Source of the DNA: Truepera sp.
GTDB lineage: Bacteria > Deinococcota > Deinococci > Deinococcales > Trueperaceae
Direction of reading: 5' to 3'
Length of the DNA stretch: 64,000 nucleotides
NCBI GenBank assembly: GCA_965218435.1
Contig: CBDCKW010000005.1
Coordinates: 96,001 to 160,000, forward strand
Shown: piece after piece, positions 11,029 through 22,504 of the stretch
Position numbering within the stretch: position 1 is the first letter of the stretch
Layout of the letters: the number at the start of each line of letters is the position of its first letter
Translations under genes and position numbers: made by a program
Notes under the pieces: generated by a model
What the model was told of the DNA's origin: nothing
The model's database searches: none
Seen by the model: the letters and a program-made list of their open reading frames with translations, nothing else

Positions 11029-12232
11029 ATGGAATATACTCCTTCGTCCGCTAGTTCCCAAACGGCTACCGACTGGCCCTACCCACCCCGTCGCACCTGG
11101 CTGGCCATCTTGGCCATCGCTCTCGGCTCTTTCGCGCTGATCATCACCGAACTACTCCCGATCGCCCTGCTCAGTTCGGTCGCGACGGACCTGCGGGTGA
11201 CGGAGGGCACAGCGGGACTATTGGTCGCCTTGCCCGCCATCGTTGCGGCCGTGACCGCCCTCACCATGGCCCTCACGGATGGGCGCACGGATCGACGCAC
11301 GCTCCTTGTGGCCTTCACTGTGTTAATGCTGCTCTCCAACCTGCTCAGCCTCTTCGCTCCGACGTTCACGGTGATGTTGCTCGCGCGCGTGCTCATCGGT
11401 GTCGCCCTTGGCGGCTTCTGGTCCATCGCTGCTTCCCTGGCCCCACGCCTGGTTCGACCGGCGGCGGTGGGCTCAGCCACGGCTACGATCCTCAGCGGCG
11501 TCTCCATCGGTACGCTGATCGCCGTTCCCGCCGGAACTTTCATCGGCATCCAGATGGGCTGGCGAGCGGCCTTCCTCCTCACCGCCGTCCTTGCCGCCGC
11601 CGCTCTGCTCTTACAGCTGGTCCTGGTCCCGCACCTCCCGGCCCGTGCTTCGGCTGGATTGCAGGCCCTGCCGGAACTGCTTGCTCGCCTGCAGATGCGC
11701 GTGCTGCTTGGCGCGGTGCTGCTCGTCTTTATGGGCCACCTGGGTGCCTATACCTATATCAACCCTTTCTTACAAGCCCAGCTCCTCAGCCCTACGCTGA
11801 TCACCACCGTGCTCCTCATTTATGGTGTTTCCGGCATCTTCGGCAATTTCCTAGCCGGTGCACGCGCCGCGCAGCACCCCCACTATCCTTATCCTAGTCG
11901 CGGTCTTAGGCCTGTCGATATTGGCAGCCCTAGTGTTGCCAGCCGCCCCCTGGATAGCGGCGCTCGCCCTGGCGGGCTGGGGTTTCGCATTCGGCGCGAT
12001 TCCCGCATCTTTCCAAAGCTGGGTGTTTCAGGTTGCCCACGACGCCCCCGAAACCGGCTCCGCCATTCTGGTGGCCGCGCTACAGGTGGCGATCGCTTTG
12101 GGAGCGGCCACGGGCGGGCTGCTCGTCGATGCGGCCGGCCCGCGCGCCGCGTTGTGGTTCGGCGTCGCCCTTGCGGTCGCTGGCTTTATGCTGGTAAACG
12201 GCTGGGCGTCGGAGTTGACGATCGGCCGCTAG
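11029..12232 (+). pseudogene. DHA1/NepI-like MFS transporter, frameshifted near 11880
   Basis: ELLPIALL, ARVLIGVALGGFW; the last transmembrane helices are in the 11858-12232 frame; shift at a C5 run. Confidence 0.82.
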
Positions 12233-12349
12233 CACGCCTCAAACCTGGCTAAGCCCTACTCGAGCGCCCCAACCCCCGCCTTAATTACATGACCTCCCAG
12301 ATCACCCGCGCCCTACAACGCCTAACAAAACGCCCGACCAACCACGAAA

Positions 12350-12523
12350 ATACACCTTATTAAGACGTACAACCCTACCCTCACCACCCCCCTTAGAGCA
12401 ACTCGAGCCTTCCCCTTTTGGTTTACCAGATAGTTTACTAATTGGGAGACCAGACTCGAGGAAAGAGGATGAGAAGATGGGTGCTCGAGGAGGTTGGTGG
12501 TTGTACGTTTTAATAAGGTGTAT
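12350..12523. repeat. pair of 25-bp inverted repeats, 124 bp apart
   Basis: 12499-12523 GGTTGTACGTTTTAATAAGGTGTAT versus reverse complement of 12350-12374 GGTTGTACGTCTTAATAAGGTGTAT (24/25). Confidence 0.95.
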
Positions 12524-12536
12524 GGTGGTTTAGGAG

Positions 12537-13304
12537 GTGAGGGTTGTGGAAGGAGCTGAGAACCGAGCCGATAGGACCTACGCCCATTTTCACCGGGTTT
12601 TAGGGACGTTACTGACAGAACTGGGAGCGTTGCCAGGGGTGATCTGGCTGACCGACCAGCGGCACGTGTTGCGTGGTGACGGGGAGCGTAACGACTATGC
12701 TTGGGCAATCTACCGGGTAGGTGAGTTGGAGCCTTACCGTGAGTCGTTAGCTGAACTCGAAGCGGTGCAGCAGCGAGCCGTAACAGAAATGGGTTTAGGA
12801 CAGGTTCCCAGAGAGCTGCTGTTACCGCAGGTGATCGAAGGAGTGACCCATGTCCAGCTGGGGGAAAGTGGGGGCTACCGGAGTTCTCCCAAGGAGAAGA
12901 AGGCTGTGTTGGCCATTCTCGAGACCGCCCTTAGAACCACCCGGAAGAATCTAGGTGAGTTCCAGCGGTATGGAGTGAAAGACGAGGGCACCCGGCGGTT
13001 GGGGGCTGAAGTCGAGGCTATCGAAAAGGTCAAAGAAACGGTATTGGAAGCGCCCGAGCAGCCCTACCGTGTCAGGGTCTGGCAGCCCCAACGGTTTAAT
13101 CCCTATATCTACCAGGGTGACGCCGAGCCTAGACAAGTCAGGTGTCGGAAACATGGGCTGATTTTAGTAGGTGAGTCCATTGGGATGAGGCCGCCCCGTG
13201 AGGTAAGACGGGTGCGGAGCGATAAGCGCAAGCTCGAACCTTTATTCGCGTTTGGCAGGACGCAAGTCTATCTTGAACGCGACTGGCAGGCGGCGAAGGA
13301 ATGA
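12537..13304 (+). CDS. hypothetical protein, possibly a divergent Tus/Ter-binding family member
   Basis: clear 255-aa ORF; LPGVIW, KAVLAILETAL, CRKHGLIL and RSDKRKLEPL resemble Tus segments recalled from memory. Confidence 0.45.
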   Translation: MRVVEGAENRADRTYAHFHRVLGTLLTELGALPGVIWLTDQRHVLRGDGERNDYAWAIYRVGELEPYRESLAELEAVQQRAVTEMGLGQVPRELLLPQVIEGVTHVQLGESGGYRSSPKEKKAVLAILETALRTTRKNLGEFQRYGVKDEGTRRLGAEVEAIEKVKETVLEAPEQPYRVRVWQPQRFNPYIYQGDAEPRQVRCRKHGLILVGESIGMRPPREVRRVRSDKRKLEPLFAFGRTQVYLERDWQAAKE

Positions 13305-13365
13305 GCGACGTTGGCGAAAGGATAATCCATGAGTTGCAGGCGATCCGTAAAGCGCTCGAGGGTTC
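13301..13365 (+). repeat. truncated copy 1 of the 5' end of gene 15088
   Basis: encodes MSDVGERIIHELQAIRKALEGS versus MSDVGERMIRELQAIRKALEGS; ATGA overlap with the upstream gene. Confidence 0.95.
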
Positions 13366-13434
13366 TAATAGCGAGCACCAGGCCTGACGATCTACACCGA
13401 TGTTTCGTCAGCCCGCTGTACTACAATGACAAGC

Positions 13435-13695
13435 ATGGTGGACACCGATCTTACCCTCACTCTCCCGCGTGACGTCCTCGAGTCCGCCCGCCTCAGCGTC
13501 CAGGAAGCCAAGCAGGAGCTCGCCGTAAGCCTCTACGCTCAGGGGCGTTTGTCGGTCGGCAAAGCCAGAGAACTCGCCGGGATGTCCCTCTGGGCCTTTC
13601 GCCAGCTGCTCGCCGCTCGCGGCGTCTCCCCCCACTTCGGTGTGATGGATCTCGAAGAGGATCTGGAGACGTTGCGAGCCCTCGGGCGGTTGTGA
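13435..13695 (+). CDS. UPF0175-family antitoxin
   Basis: LAVSLYAQGRLSVGKARELAG; TACAAT 7 nt before ATG 13435 (leaderless). Confidence 0.85.
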   Translation: MVDTDLTLTLPRDVLESARLSVQEAKQELAVSLYAQGRLSVGKARELAGMSLWAFRQLLAARGVSPHFGVMDLEEDLETLRALGRL

Positions 13696-14186
13696 GGGTC
13701 GTTTCCAACACCTCGCCGCTGACGAACCTCGCTGCCATCGGCCAGTTTGGGCTGCTCGGACAACTCTATGGGCGGCTATCCATCGCCAAGGGTGTTTGGG
13801 ATGAGCTGAACGCCTTCGGACACGCTTGGCCGGGACGGGCAGAGACCGCCTCGGCCAGCTGGTTGGGGCATCACGAGGTTCGCAACACCCCGCTGGTCGA
13901 AACCCTGCGGCGCGACCTCGACCGGGGGGAGGCTGAGACCATCGCCCTAGCGCTTGAACTGCAGGCTGACCTGGTGCTTATGGACGAGCGCGAGGGGCGT
14001 CACGCGGCGCAGCGTTTAGGACTGAGGACAGTCGGGGTCGTCGGCGTCTTGTTAGACGCCAAGCAGCAGGGGCACCTGTCCGCGGTTCAGCCCGCGTTCG
14101 ATGCGCTACGCGCCGCCGGATTTTACCTGGGCGGGCCGGTCTACCGTAAAGGGCTCGAGCTCGCTGGAGAGTCTACCGATAGCTAG
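13692..14186 (+). CDS. DUF3368-type PIN-domain toxin
   Basis: VSNTSPL, LDRGEAETI, LMDEREGR; GTGA overlap with the antitoxin. Confidence 0.88.
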   Translation: MRVVSNTSPLTNLAAIGQFGLLGQLYGRLSIAKGVWDELNAFGHAWPGRAETASASWLGHHEVRNTPLVETLRRDLDRGEAETIALALELQADLVLMDEREGRHAAQRLGLRTVGVVGVLLDAKQQGHLSAVQPAFDALRAAGFYLGGPVYRKGLELAGESTDS

Positions 14187-14249
14187 GCCGGGTACCCACC
14201 ACCAACGACAAACTTCTAGGCGCTTCGGGGTCGGGCAGGTGTTTTATCG

Positions 14250-14294
14250 GTGAGCGACGTAGGGAGAGGATGATCCGCGAGTTGCAGGCGATTC
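14250..14294 (+). repeat. truncated copy 2 of the 5' end of gene 15088
   Basis: GTGAGCGACGTAGGGAGAGGATGATCCGCGAGTTGCAGGCGATTC aligns to 15088-15133 with a 1-nt gap. Confidence 0.9.
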
Positions 14295-14316
14295 ACATCC
14301 GCTACGACACTTGACT

Positions 14317-14333
14317 TGTACATGTTGTACACT
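14317..14333 (+). promoter_or_regulatory. TA operator and leaderless -10 box
   Basis: TGTACA-TGT-TGTACA repeat overlapping TACACT, 5 nt before ATG 14339. Confidence 0.65.
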
Positions 14334-14338
14334 AGGTC

Positions 14339-14590
14339 ATGAACAAGCCACTACCAACCGAAGTCACCGCCAGTGCGCTGCGCGACAACCTCGCGGCCTA
14401 CTTAGACGCCGCCGAGCACGGTGCCACTATTACCATCACCCGCCGGGGCCGCCCCAGCCTCCAACTCGCCGTGGTCGAGGAGACGCCCGAAGCCTTGGAC
14501 CTCGAGGACCTGCGCGCGTTCCGAGCGTCGCTGGGGGTAAGCGTTGAGCAGAGTGGGGTCGTCGCTGCCCGGCAGGACGAGCGGTATTAG
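14339..14590 (+). CDS. Phd/YefM-family antitoxin
   Basis: ASALRDNLAAYLDAAEHGATITITRRGRP. Confidence 0.88.
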   Translation: MNKPLPTEVTASALRDNLAAYLDAAEHGATITITRRGRPSLQLAVVEETPEALDLEDLRAFRASLGVSVEQSGVVAARQDERY

Positions 14591-15041
14591 GTACTACGAC
14601 ACCAGCGCCGTACTGCCGCTTTATCTGGATGAACCTGCCACTAGAGCAGCCCACGACGCTCTAACGCGTGACGCCGGGCAACTCGTGACGTCGGTCCTGA
14701 CGCTCGTTGAGGTGCGCTCGGGGCTCGCCCGCTATGGACGGGAAGGTTTACTGAACGCTCTACAGATCGAAGCTGTTTTTGAGCGAGTTCAGCATGACTT
14801 GGAACGCACCCCCCGCCGGCTCGAGCTCACCCCTGAAGTTTTAGCCGAAGCCGTGAGGCTTTTCAAAACGCAGACGACCTTGCCGCTGCGAACGTCCGAC
14901 ACGCTGCACGTTGCCAGCTGCTTGCGTTACGGTACCCGTGGCTTCGTAACGGGCGACCACCAGCAGGCGCGTCTCGCCCAAGTGGTAGGGCTAGACGTGC
15001 ACCTGCTTGAAGGCGGCTACGAGGGAGAAAACAGTCTATGA
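14544..15041 (+). CDS. vapC: VapC-family PIN toxin (start uncertain)
   Basis: YYDTSA, VEVRS, LRTSDTLHVAS, FVTGD. Confidence 0.85.
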   Translation: MSRVGSSLPGRTSGIRYYDTSAVLPLYLDEPATRAAHDALTRDAGQLVTSVLTLVEVRSGLARYGREGLLNALQIEAVFERVQHDLERTPRRLELTPEVLAEAVRLFKTQTTLPLRTSDTLHVASCLRYGTRGFVTGDHQQARLAQVVGLDVHLLEGGYEGENSL

Positions 15042-15087
15042 AGTCAAGAGAGGAAATCTGCTGTTGCAAATCAAGCGAGGCAGTTAG

Positions 15088-15654
15088 ATGAGCGATGTCG
15101 GGGAGCGGATGATCCGTGAGTTGCAGGCGATTCGTAAGGCGCTCGAGGGTTCGCAACCGTTGGGGTTTGGCAAGAAGGCGCAACCAGTGTATGTGTTCGT
15201 TAAGCATTCACCGGAAAGTCTCTGGTACAGCCGGGACAAGGCAGTAGGGGAGAACGTACCGATTCTCGAACGTGATCTGACCGGCTATCTGGTCAACCTC
15301 TGGCGTTTCGATAGGCCAGATGAGGCAACGGGGGAGACCGTACCCAAACTTATGGTTCAAGTTCACGCTGACCGCGAGTACATCGTCCAGAGCGGCTTCG
15401 AAACCAACTTCAGTAAAAGTTTACTGGCAGGGCTTTTAGAGCTCGAGGTGACCGAGCTAAAAAATCCCCTTACCTTGGTGGTCGAGGACAACACGGGTGG
15501 GCGGGGGAGACCTACGGTGTTTTGCCGGGTTGAGGTGCAGGGGCAGCGGCTCAAACCTGCTTTTAACCGGACAGTCGTTGCCGAGGAGCTGCTGGGGCAG
15601 GTACAGGCACGCTTTGATTTCAGTTCACCCTATACCGCAGAGGATGGTATCTAA
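15088..15654 (+). CDS. hypothetical protein, beta-rich (possibly ssDNA-binding)
   Basis: intact 188-aa ORF; aromatic motifs LWYS and LTGYL, acidic tail; function inferred only. Confidence 0.6.
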   Translation: MSDVGERMIRELQAIRKALEGSQPLGFGKKAQPVYVFVKHSPESLWYSRDKAVGENVPILERDLTGYLVNLWRFDRPDEATGETVPKLMVQVHADREYIVQSGFETNFSKSLLAGLLELEVTELKNPLTLVVEDNTGGRGRPTVFCRVEVQGQRLKPAFNRTVVAEELLGQVQARFDFSSPYTAEDGI

Positions 15655-16141
15655 AGCTGAACTTTCTTTTGGCAGTAACATACCTTAGATGGAGTCGGCC
15701 AGCCTCACCAGCTCTGCCTTGTCATGTACCATGCCGCAAAAGAGTAATGACGGTTCAGAGGCCAGATCGTTTTGCCGGTAGCCGTCAATGCTCGCACCAC
15801 TGACCGAGACCAAGGGGTAAATACGGCTGGAAAAATCGGGCGAACCGCCGAGCTCCTTGACTCTGTATGAGATTCCTAAAAGTGCCGCGAGCTGACCCCA
15901 TACAGAGCCACCTATACAGTCGGGATCAACCTTGTAGCACTCGGCTTTGGGCCGTAACCAGCGCACCGCCGCCTTGCAGTTGTAGAGGTGGGTCAGGCTA
16001 AGCTGGTAGTCGACTAGTGCTCTGTCCAGATAGAACTAAGGGATTGTTTTTAAGGCACTTTTTGCGTCAGCAACAGGGTCATAAACTCTCAAGTTTATCC
16101 CTCTATACTACCTAGTCGGTGTACTAGCCCAAGTTTGGAGT

Positions 16142-16375
16142 TCAGATCAGAACCGGTAGCTGCGCTAACTCTTGCGGAAACTGTATGAAAGGTTTTCTGA
16201 TCTGGTGAGTGTAAGCTATCAGACCAGCAACCAAGTTAACGGCGAAGTTGGTTGGACTGCAGTGCCGGGTATGCTCGATTTGAGAGATGCTTTTCAGCTG
16301 ATCATTGATGGTCTCGATGATGAAGCGTTTACGGAACAAAAGCTTATCAGTAAGCGGCATAAATCTGGCTTTCAT
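16142..16375 (-). pseudogene. IS982-family transposase C-terminal fragment
   Basis: DKLLFRKRFIIETINDQLK...IEHTRH. Confidence 0.85.
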
Positions 16376-16663
16376 GCTTTTATTAAATGAAGTTACTTAG
16401 TCTGGCGCAAACAAAAGTCGTCTGACATTTTCAAACCTTGCATCAAGTGGTATGCAAATTAGTGGCAAACGTTTTACAACACTCCCATCGCTATGTTGAA
16501 AAATCTATATGTCGGTACCACTATCCAAATCGCTCACGTTAGTTGATAACTGCTCAGAACTAGTGGCGTTCAGGCTATAATTTTCAGCTAACCTAAGTTC
16601 ATTAGTTCATTTCGGTTGCGGAGTCTACTCTTGGATCATAGACAGTTATACCTTGAATTCCAA

Positions 16664-18291
<1,628 letters not shown>

Positions 18292-18394
18292 CTACTGGAA
18301 GCCGCGTAACGAAACCGCCTCTTCCACTTAGAAAGCTCTAAACACCGGATGGGGGCTGTAGCTTTGGTAAAACTCGGGTACGAACAAGTCGGCG

Positions 18395-19504
18395 TCAGGA
18401 TAGGTAGTCAGGGTCGGGGTCGGGCAGGGGATTGAAAAAGGTGCGGTCATACAGGACGTCTACCTGACCCTTGACGCCTTGTAGGTGCAGCTGCTCGCCC
18501 TCGTAGCTGAGGTCTAAAAGCCGCTCGAAGCCTGGAGGTACGGCGACCAATCCAAACGCGTAGCGAACCTCGAGCTGCACTTCTGGCGCAAGTGTCAGAG
18601 CGGTACGGTAGCCCTGGTCGCTGAGCGGATTAGGGGCGATCGAGGCGGCGTGACCCAGGTGAAAGTAACTCGTGACCTCTTCGATACCGATAACCCGTTC
18701 GTGTCGTCCTGAAAAAGGTGCGTAGTCACGGCCGCCGTTGCTGAGCCAGAGCATGGTGCTTTGCAGCGTGGCGGGCATTTTAAGCGCGAACCAGAGCCAA
18801 CCTGCTCGCGGGGCGCACGCGGCTGACCAGGCCAGCGGAGCGTCTTGCGAAACGAGCATTAAAATCTCTTCACTGCGCTCCAGCACCGGGAAAGTGCTGA
18901 GGTCTACCTGTTCCCCCACCTGAGTTTTTACGGCGGCCAAGTCATCAAAAGCTTGTGGATAGGCGAGCCGCGAACGTCCACCGGTCGCGTCGGTCTCGAC
19001 GGGTTCTGGAGGCGTTCCGCCCCACACCCACGGCGAGAAACTCAGCTTGAGGGGTTCGTCCGCTCGCAGCATCACGTGATGACCGATAGGGAGGCTCGAG
19101 CTGCCGCCGGAAAAAATGTGGCGTTGATAGACAAGGGGCTGCTCCTCGCGCAGGGAAACTTCTTTGCTTACGCGAGCGCCTGCGGCCTTACCGTCAAGCT
19201 CATAGCGGAGGAATAGGGGGTTTGCCTCTTTAAGCAACCAAGTGCCATTAGCAGTACGCCCGTGAGGTCGAATTTCCTCAAGGAGAAGGTCGTTGTCGCC
19301 GAAGGGAGCACAAAAAAAGTCGCCTTGCAGGTTTTGTAACATGGGGGGCAGGTCGGGGTGAGGTTTGCCTAACCAGGGCGCGCGGTGCAGAGGTTTAACG
19401 GTTTGACCCTCTAAAAAAAAACACACGGGCTCGAGCTGCCCACCCACTGGGTTCAACCCGACTTCAATTAAGCCGTTGCTGAGCGTATGGCTGTGTTCGG
19501 TCAT
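18395..19504 (-). CDS. hypothetical protein, mutarotase/epimerase-like
   Basis: GDFFCAPFG, PHG, GHH, IGIEE in a sugar operon. Confidence 0.6.
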   Translation of the reverse strand: MTEHSHTLSNGLIEVGLNPVGGQLEPVCFFLEGQTVKPLHRAPWLGKPHPDLPPMLQNLQGDFFCAPFGDNDLLLEEIRPHGRTANGTWLLKEANPLFLRYELDGKAAGARVSKEVSLREEQPLVYQRHIFSGGSSSLPIGHHVMLRADEPLKLSFSPWVWGGTPPEPVETDATGGRSRLAYPQAFDDLAAVKTQVGEQVDLSTFPVLERSEEILMLVSQDAPLAWSAACAPRAGWLWFALKMPATLQSTMLWLSNGGRDYAPFSGRHERVIGIEEVTSYFHLGHAASIAPNPLSDQGYRTALTLAPEVQLEVRYAFGLVAVPPGFERLLDLSYEGEQLHLQGVKGQVDVLYDRTFFNPLPDPDPDYLS

Positions 19505-19516
19505 CAACTGCTCCTC

Positions 19517-20407
19517 TCAGCTTGCAAACAAGCGGTTCCCTTCCTGACGTAGCCGACCTGCAGCCTGGAGTTCGCGGACTTGCACCTCCAACATGGCGTA
19601 ACCGCGAAACTCGGGTTCTTTGCCGAGCGCCCTAGAGACGTCTCGCCATAGTGCCTCGAAAGGGACGCCGGTTGCCGCCTCGAGCGTAGCGGTTTCTACG
19701 TCGTCTAAAAATGTGCGTGTGGCAGCGATAGCGTCCAGCGCCCCCTCAGCGTGCAGCGGGTGATGATGGCTCGAGAGGACGCGGGTGACACGGCCCGTTT
19801 CGATCAGCGTCTCAAGCCGCGTCAAGCTCTGCTGAAACCCCGCTGCAGTCTGAAAGCCGTGAAAAAACGGAGCTGCCAGCGCGAGCAGCACGTCGCCCAG
19901 AATGAGCGTGCCGGAATGAAGCTCTAAAAACCCGACTTCCTCGAGCTTGTGTCCGGGAAACGCCAGCGTCAAAAGCTCGGTGTCGTCGTCCAGGCGAAAG
20001 CGTATGTGTTCAGCCAGCACCAAGTCAACTTGGACGGGTGCGTCCAGCAGATCCAAAACCTCGGTACGCTGCTCCGCTGAGTCCGGGAGAGCGTCGGTAC
20101 GGCAAAACTCGCGGTAGTGTACGTCGTAATCCTCGAGCCAAGAGAGGGCACCGGCGGCAGCAAACTGTGCGCTGGTCGCCTCAAAAACGGCGGCGTTGCA
20201 ACCTATGTGGTCGGCGTGGGCGTGGGTGAGCAGAACGAACTTCGGAGTGTTGACCTCTTGGCAAAGCTCGAGAATCGCCCCTTTCATGCTCGCAATCCCC
20301 GTGTCGATGAGGACGCTGTAGCGTTGCCCTTTGACCGCGTAAACGTACAACTCAACGCCGGGCATAAGTTCGGTGTGGGCGTAGTGAAGGATCCCGTCTA
20401 GCTTCAC
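19517..20407 (-). CDS. metallo-beta-lactamase-fold hydrolase
   Basis: [17 protein letters not shown]. Confidence 0.88.
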   Translation of the reverse strand: MKLDGILHYAHTELMPGVELYVYAVKGQRYSVLIDTGIASMKGAILELCQEVNTPKFVLLTHAHADHIGCNAAVFEATSAQFAAAGALSWLEDYDVHYREFCRTDALPDSAEQRTEVLDLLDAPVQVDLVLAEHIRFRLDDDTELLTLAFPGHKLEEVGFLELHSGTLILGDVLLALAAPFFHGFQTAAGFQQSLTRLETLIETGRVTRVLSSHHHPLHAEGALDAIAATRTFLDDVETATLEAATGVPFEALWRDVSRALGKEPEFRGYAMLEVQVRELQAAGRLRQEGNRLFAS

Positions 20408-21633
20408 GGCACCTCTCCTTTCGGGTCAGCAAATCGAGGGTTGGGCAGTACGCTGTACCAACCCTTACGGGCCGGGTCACGGTCGTAAGGATAGCCACCC
20501 AATTCTTTATAAAGTTCGTGATACTGGGCAAGCTTGTCGTAATCGAGTTCGACGCCGAGGCCAGGCCCCTTGGGAAGCTGAATACAGCCACCTTGATAGC
20601 TCAGTTTGCCGCCTTTAATGATGTCGTCTTGCAGGTGATGATAGTGCGCGTCGGCGGCGAAGCTCAGGTTCGGCAAGGCTGCGCCTAGGTGCAGCATGGT
20701 GGCGAGTTGAATCCCCAATTCACCTGAGGAGTGGACGCACGCACCGAGCTGAAAAGTCTCGAGTATCTGTCCGGCTTTATAAGCTTGCCGTAACCCGCCC
20801 CAAAAGGTAGTATCGAGCAAAATCACGTCGATAGCTTCGGTACGGACGCAACTGGCGAGCTGCTCGAAGTTGACGACTACCGTGTTGGTCGCCGTAGGGA
20901 TACGGACAAAGTGCCGCACGCGGCGCAGCGCCTCGAGCCCGTAGCACGGGTCTTCGTAATAGTCGTTGTTGAGGTCTTCGATAGCCTGACCCATCCGGAT
21001 GGCGGTTTCAGCACTCCATACGGCGTTAGGGTCTAGACGCAAACCGGCGTCTGGAAACGCGGCGGCGAGCGCACGGTACACCTCGACCTCGTATTCGGGG
21101 GGGAACACCCCTCCCTTAAGCTTATGGCTTCGGAAGCCGTGTCGCGCGGTCAAGGCTTGGGCGTGGGCAACGATCTGCTCGGCGGTTGTCTCGCCGCCCA
21201 AACCGGTTTCCTCGTTAGGGTAGCGAAAAAACAGATAGCTGGCAAACGGGATCTGTTCCCTTACTGCGCCCCCTAACAGGTCGCAGGCACGGACGCCTAG
21301 ATGCTTACCGACCACATCCAGACAGGCGAACTCGAGCGCGGCGTGAAGCTGGGTGCGGTTGTTGTATAAGGAGGCCGTAGGGTTCATGATCTTCCAGCGG
21401 AGCTGCTCGAGCTGCAAGGGGTCGTGACCCAATAGGTAGGTTTTAAGACCTCTAAAGGCCAGCTCTGCTGACTCGCCGCCGCCGCCCATCTCACCGACCC
21501 CGACGAGCCCGTTGTCCGCTTCGACCTCGACGATGGTACGGACAAATCTGCCCCAATGCGCGCCGCTGGCGTGACGTAGCGGTGCCTCGAGCGGTACGGT
21601 CACGGTCGTCGCACGAATATCGACAATTTTCAT
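20404..21633 (-). CDS. enolase-superfamily acid-sugar dehydratase (glucarate dehydratase-like)
   Basis: KLKGG, DPN, EDP, ATN, HS. Confidence 0.88.
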   Translation of the reverse strand: MKIVDIRATTVTVPLEAPLRHASGAHWGRFVRTIVEVEADNGLVGVGEMGGGGESAELAFRGLKTYLLGHDPLQLEQLRWKIMNPTASLYNNRTQLHAALEFACLDVVGKHLGVRACDLLGGAVREQIPFASYLFFRYPNEETGLGGETTAEQIVAHAQALTARHGFRSHKLKGGVFPPEYEVEVYRALAAAFPDAGLRLDPNAVWSAETAIRMGQAIEDLNNDYYEDPCYGLEALRRVRHFVRIPTATNTVVVNFEQLASCVRTEAIDVILLDTTFWGGLRQAYKAGQILETFQLGACVHSSGELGIQLATMLHLGAALPNLSFAADAHYHHLQDDIIKGGKLSYQGGCIQLPKGPGLGVELDYDKLAQYHELYKELGGYPYDRDPARKGWYSVLPNPRFADPKGEVP

Positions 21634-21657
21634 GCGCCAACTTTCATGCAGTAACTC

Positions 21658-22455
21658 TCATACGGCGTCCGCCTTGGGTTCGCCACCTAGCGGCAGCAGC
21701 AAACCCCCGTCGGCGACGATGACTGCGCCAGTGATAAACGAGGCACGTTTAGAGGCGAGAAACACCACGACTTCGGCGATCTCTTCGGGGCGGGCAATCC
21801 GTCCCAGAGGGTGCATGGCGTTGACTTCGGACATCACCGTTTCGGGGTGGCCGTCAAGTGAGGCCGCCCAGTGCAGCATGGGGGTGTCGACCGTACCGGG
21901 GGCGACGCAGTTAACGCGCACCCCGTCACGCGCGGCGTCGAGCGCCATACTCCGCGTCAAACCGATCAGCCCGTGTTTGGAGGTGGTGTAAGCGGCGACG
22001 TTGCGCTGGGTGGCAAACGCCTGCACCGACGCCATATTGACGATGCTGCCCCGCGTTTTTTTAAGGTGAGGGAGCGCGTATTGGGAAATCAGATAAACGC
22101 CTTTCAAGTTGACGTTCATGACCTCATCCCAGACCGCTTCGGGGGTGGTTTCTACCGTACCGTAACGCTGAATCCCTGCGTTGTTGGAGACGATCTCGAG
22201 GCTGCTGAAACGTTCTAGACAGGTCGTAAGCGCAGCTTTGACCTCGGCGGCGTTCGACACATCTGCCGGGAGGGTCAGCACCGCTGCACCCAGCTGTCTG
22301 AGCTTTTGAGCTGTCTGCTCGAGCGCCTCGGCATCGCGGTCTAAGAGGGCCAGCTTCGCGCCCCGCTCGGCAAAAAGCTGCGCCACTGCGCCGCCTATGC
22401 CCATCGCCGCGCCTGTGACGAGCGCTGTTTTGCCGCTGAATTCGGCTTGACTCAT
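21658..22455 (-). CDS. SDR oxidoreductase (aldose dehydrogenase-like)
   Basis: TGAAMGIG, NNAG, ASVQ, YTTSK. Confidence 0.9.
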   Translation of the reverse strand: MSQAEFSGKTALVTGAAMGIGGAVAQLFAERGAKLALLDRDAEALEQTAQKLRQLGAAVLTLPADVSNAAEVKAALTTCLERFSSLEIVSNNAGIQRYGTVETTPEAVWDEVMNVNLKGVYLISQYALPHLKKTRGSIVNMASVQAFATQRNVAAYTTSKHGLIGLTRSMALDAARDGVRVNCVAPGTVDTPMLHWAASLDGHPETVMSEVNAMHPLGRIARPEEIAEVVVFLASKRASFITGAVIVADGGLLLPLGGEPKADAV

Positions 22456-22504
22456 CTCACCCCCCACGACCGTCTTAGCCGATGTCTAGTCATTGTGTGT
22501 CTAG

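Noticed and set aside
13301..15152. CRISPR-like repeat-spacer array
   Set aside because: The repeats are coding, degenerate and ~0.9 kb apart, and there are no cas genes
15685..15966. 93-aa minus-strand ORF
   Set aside because: No SD or recognisable family; probably a fragment
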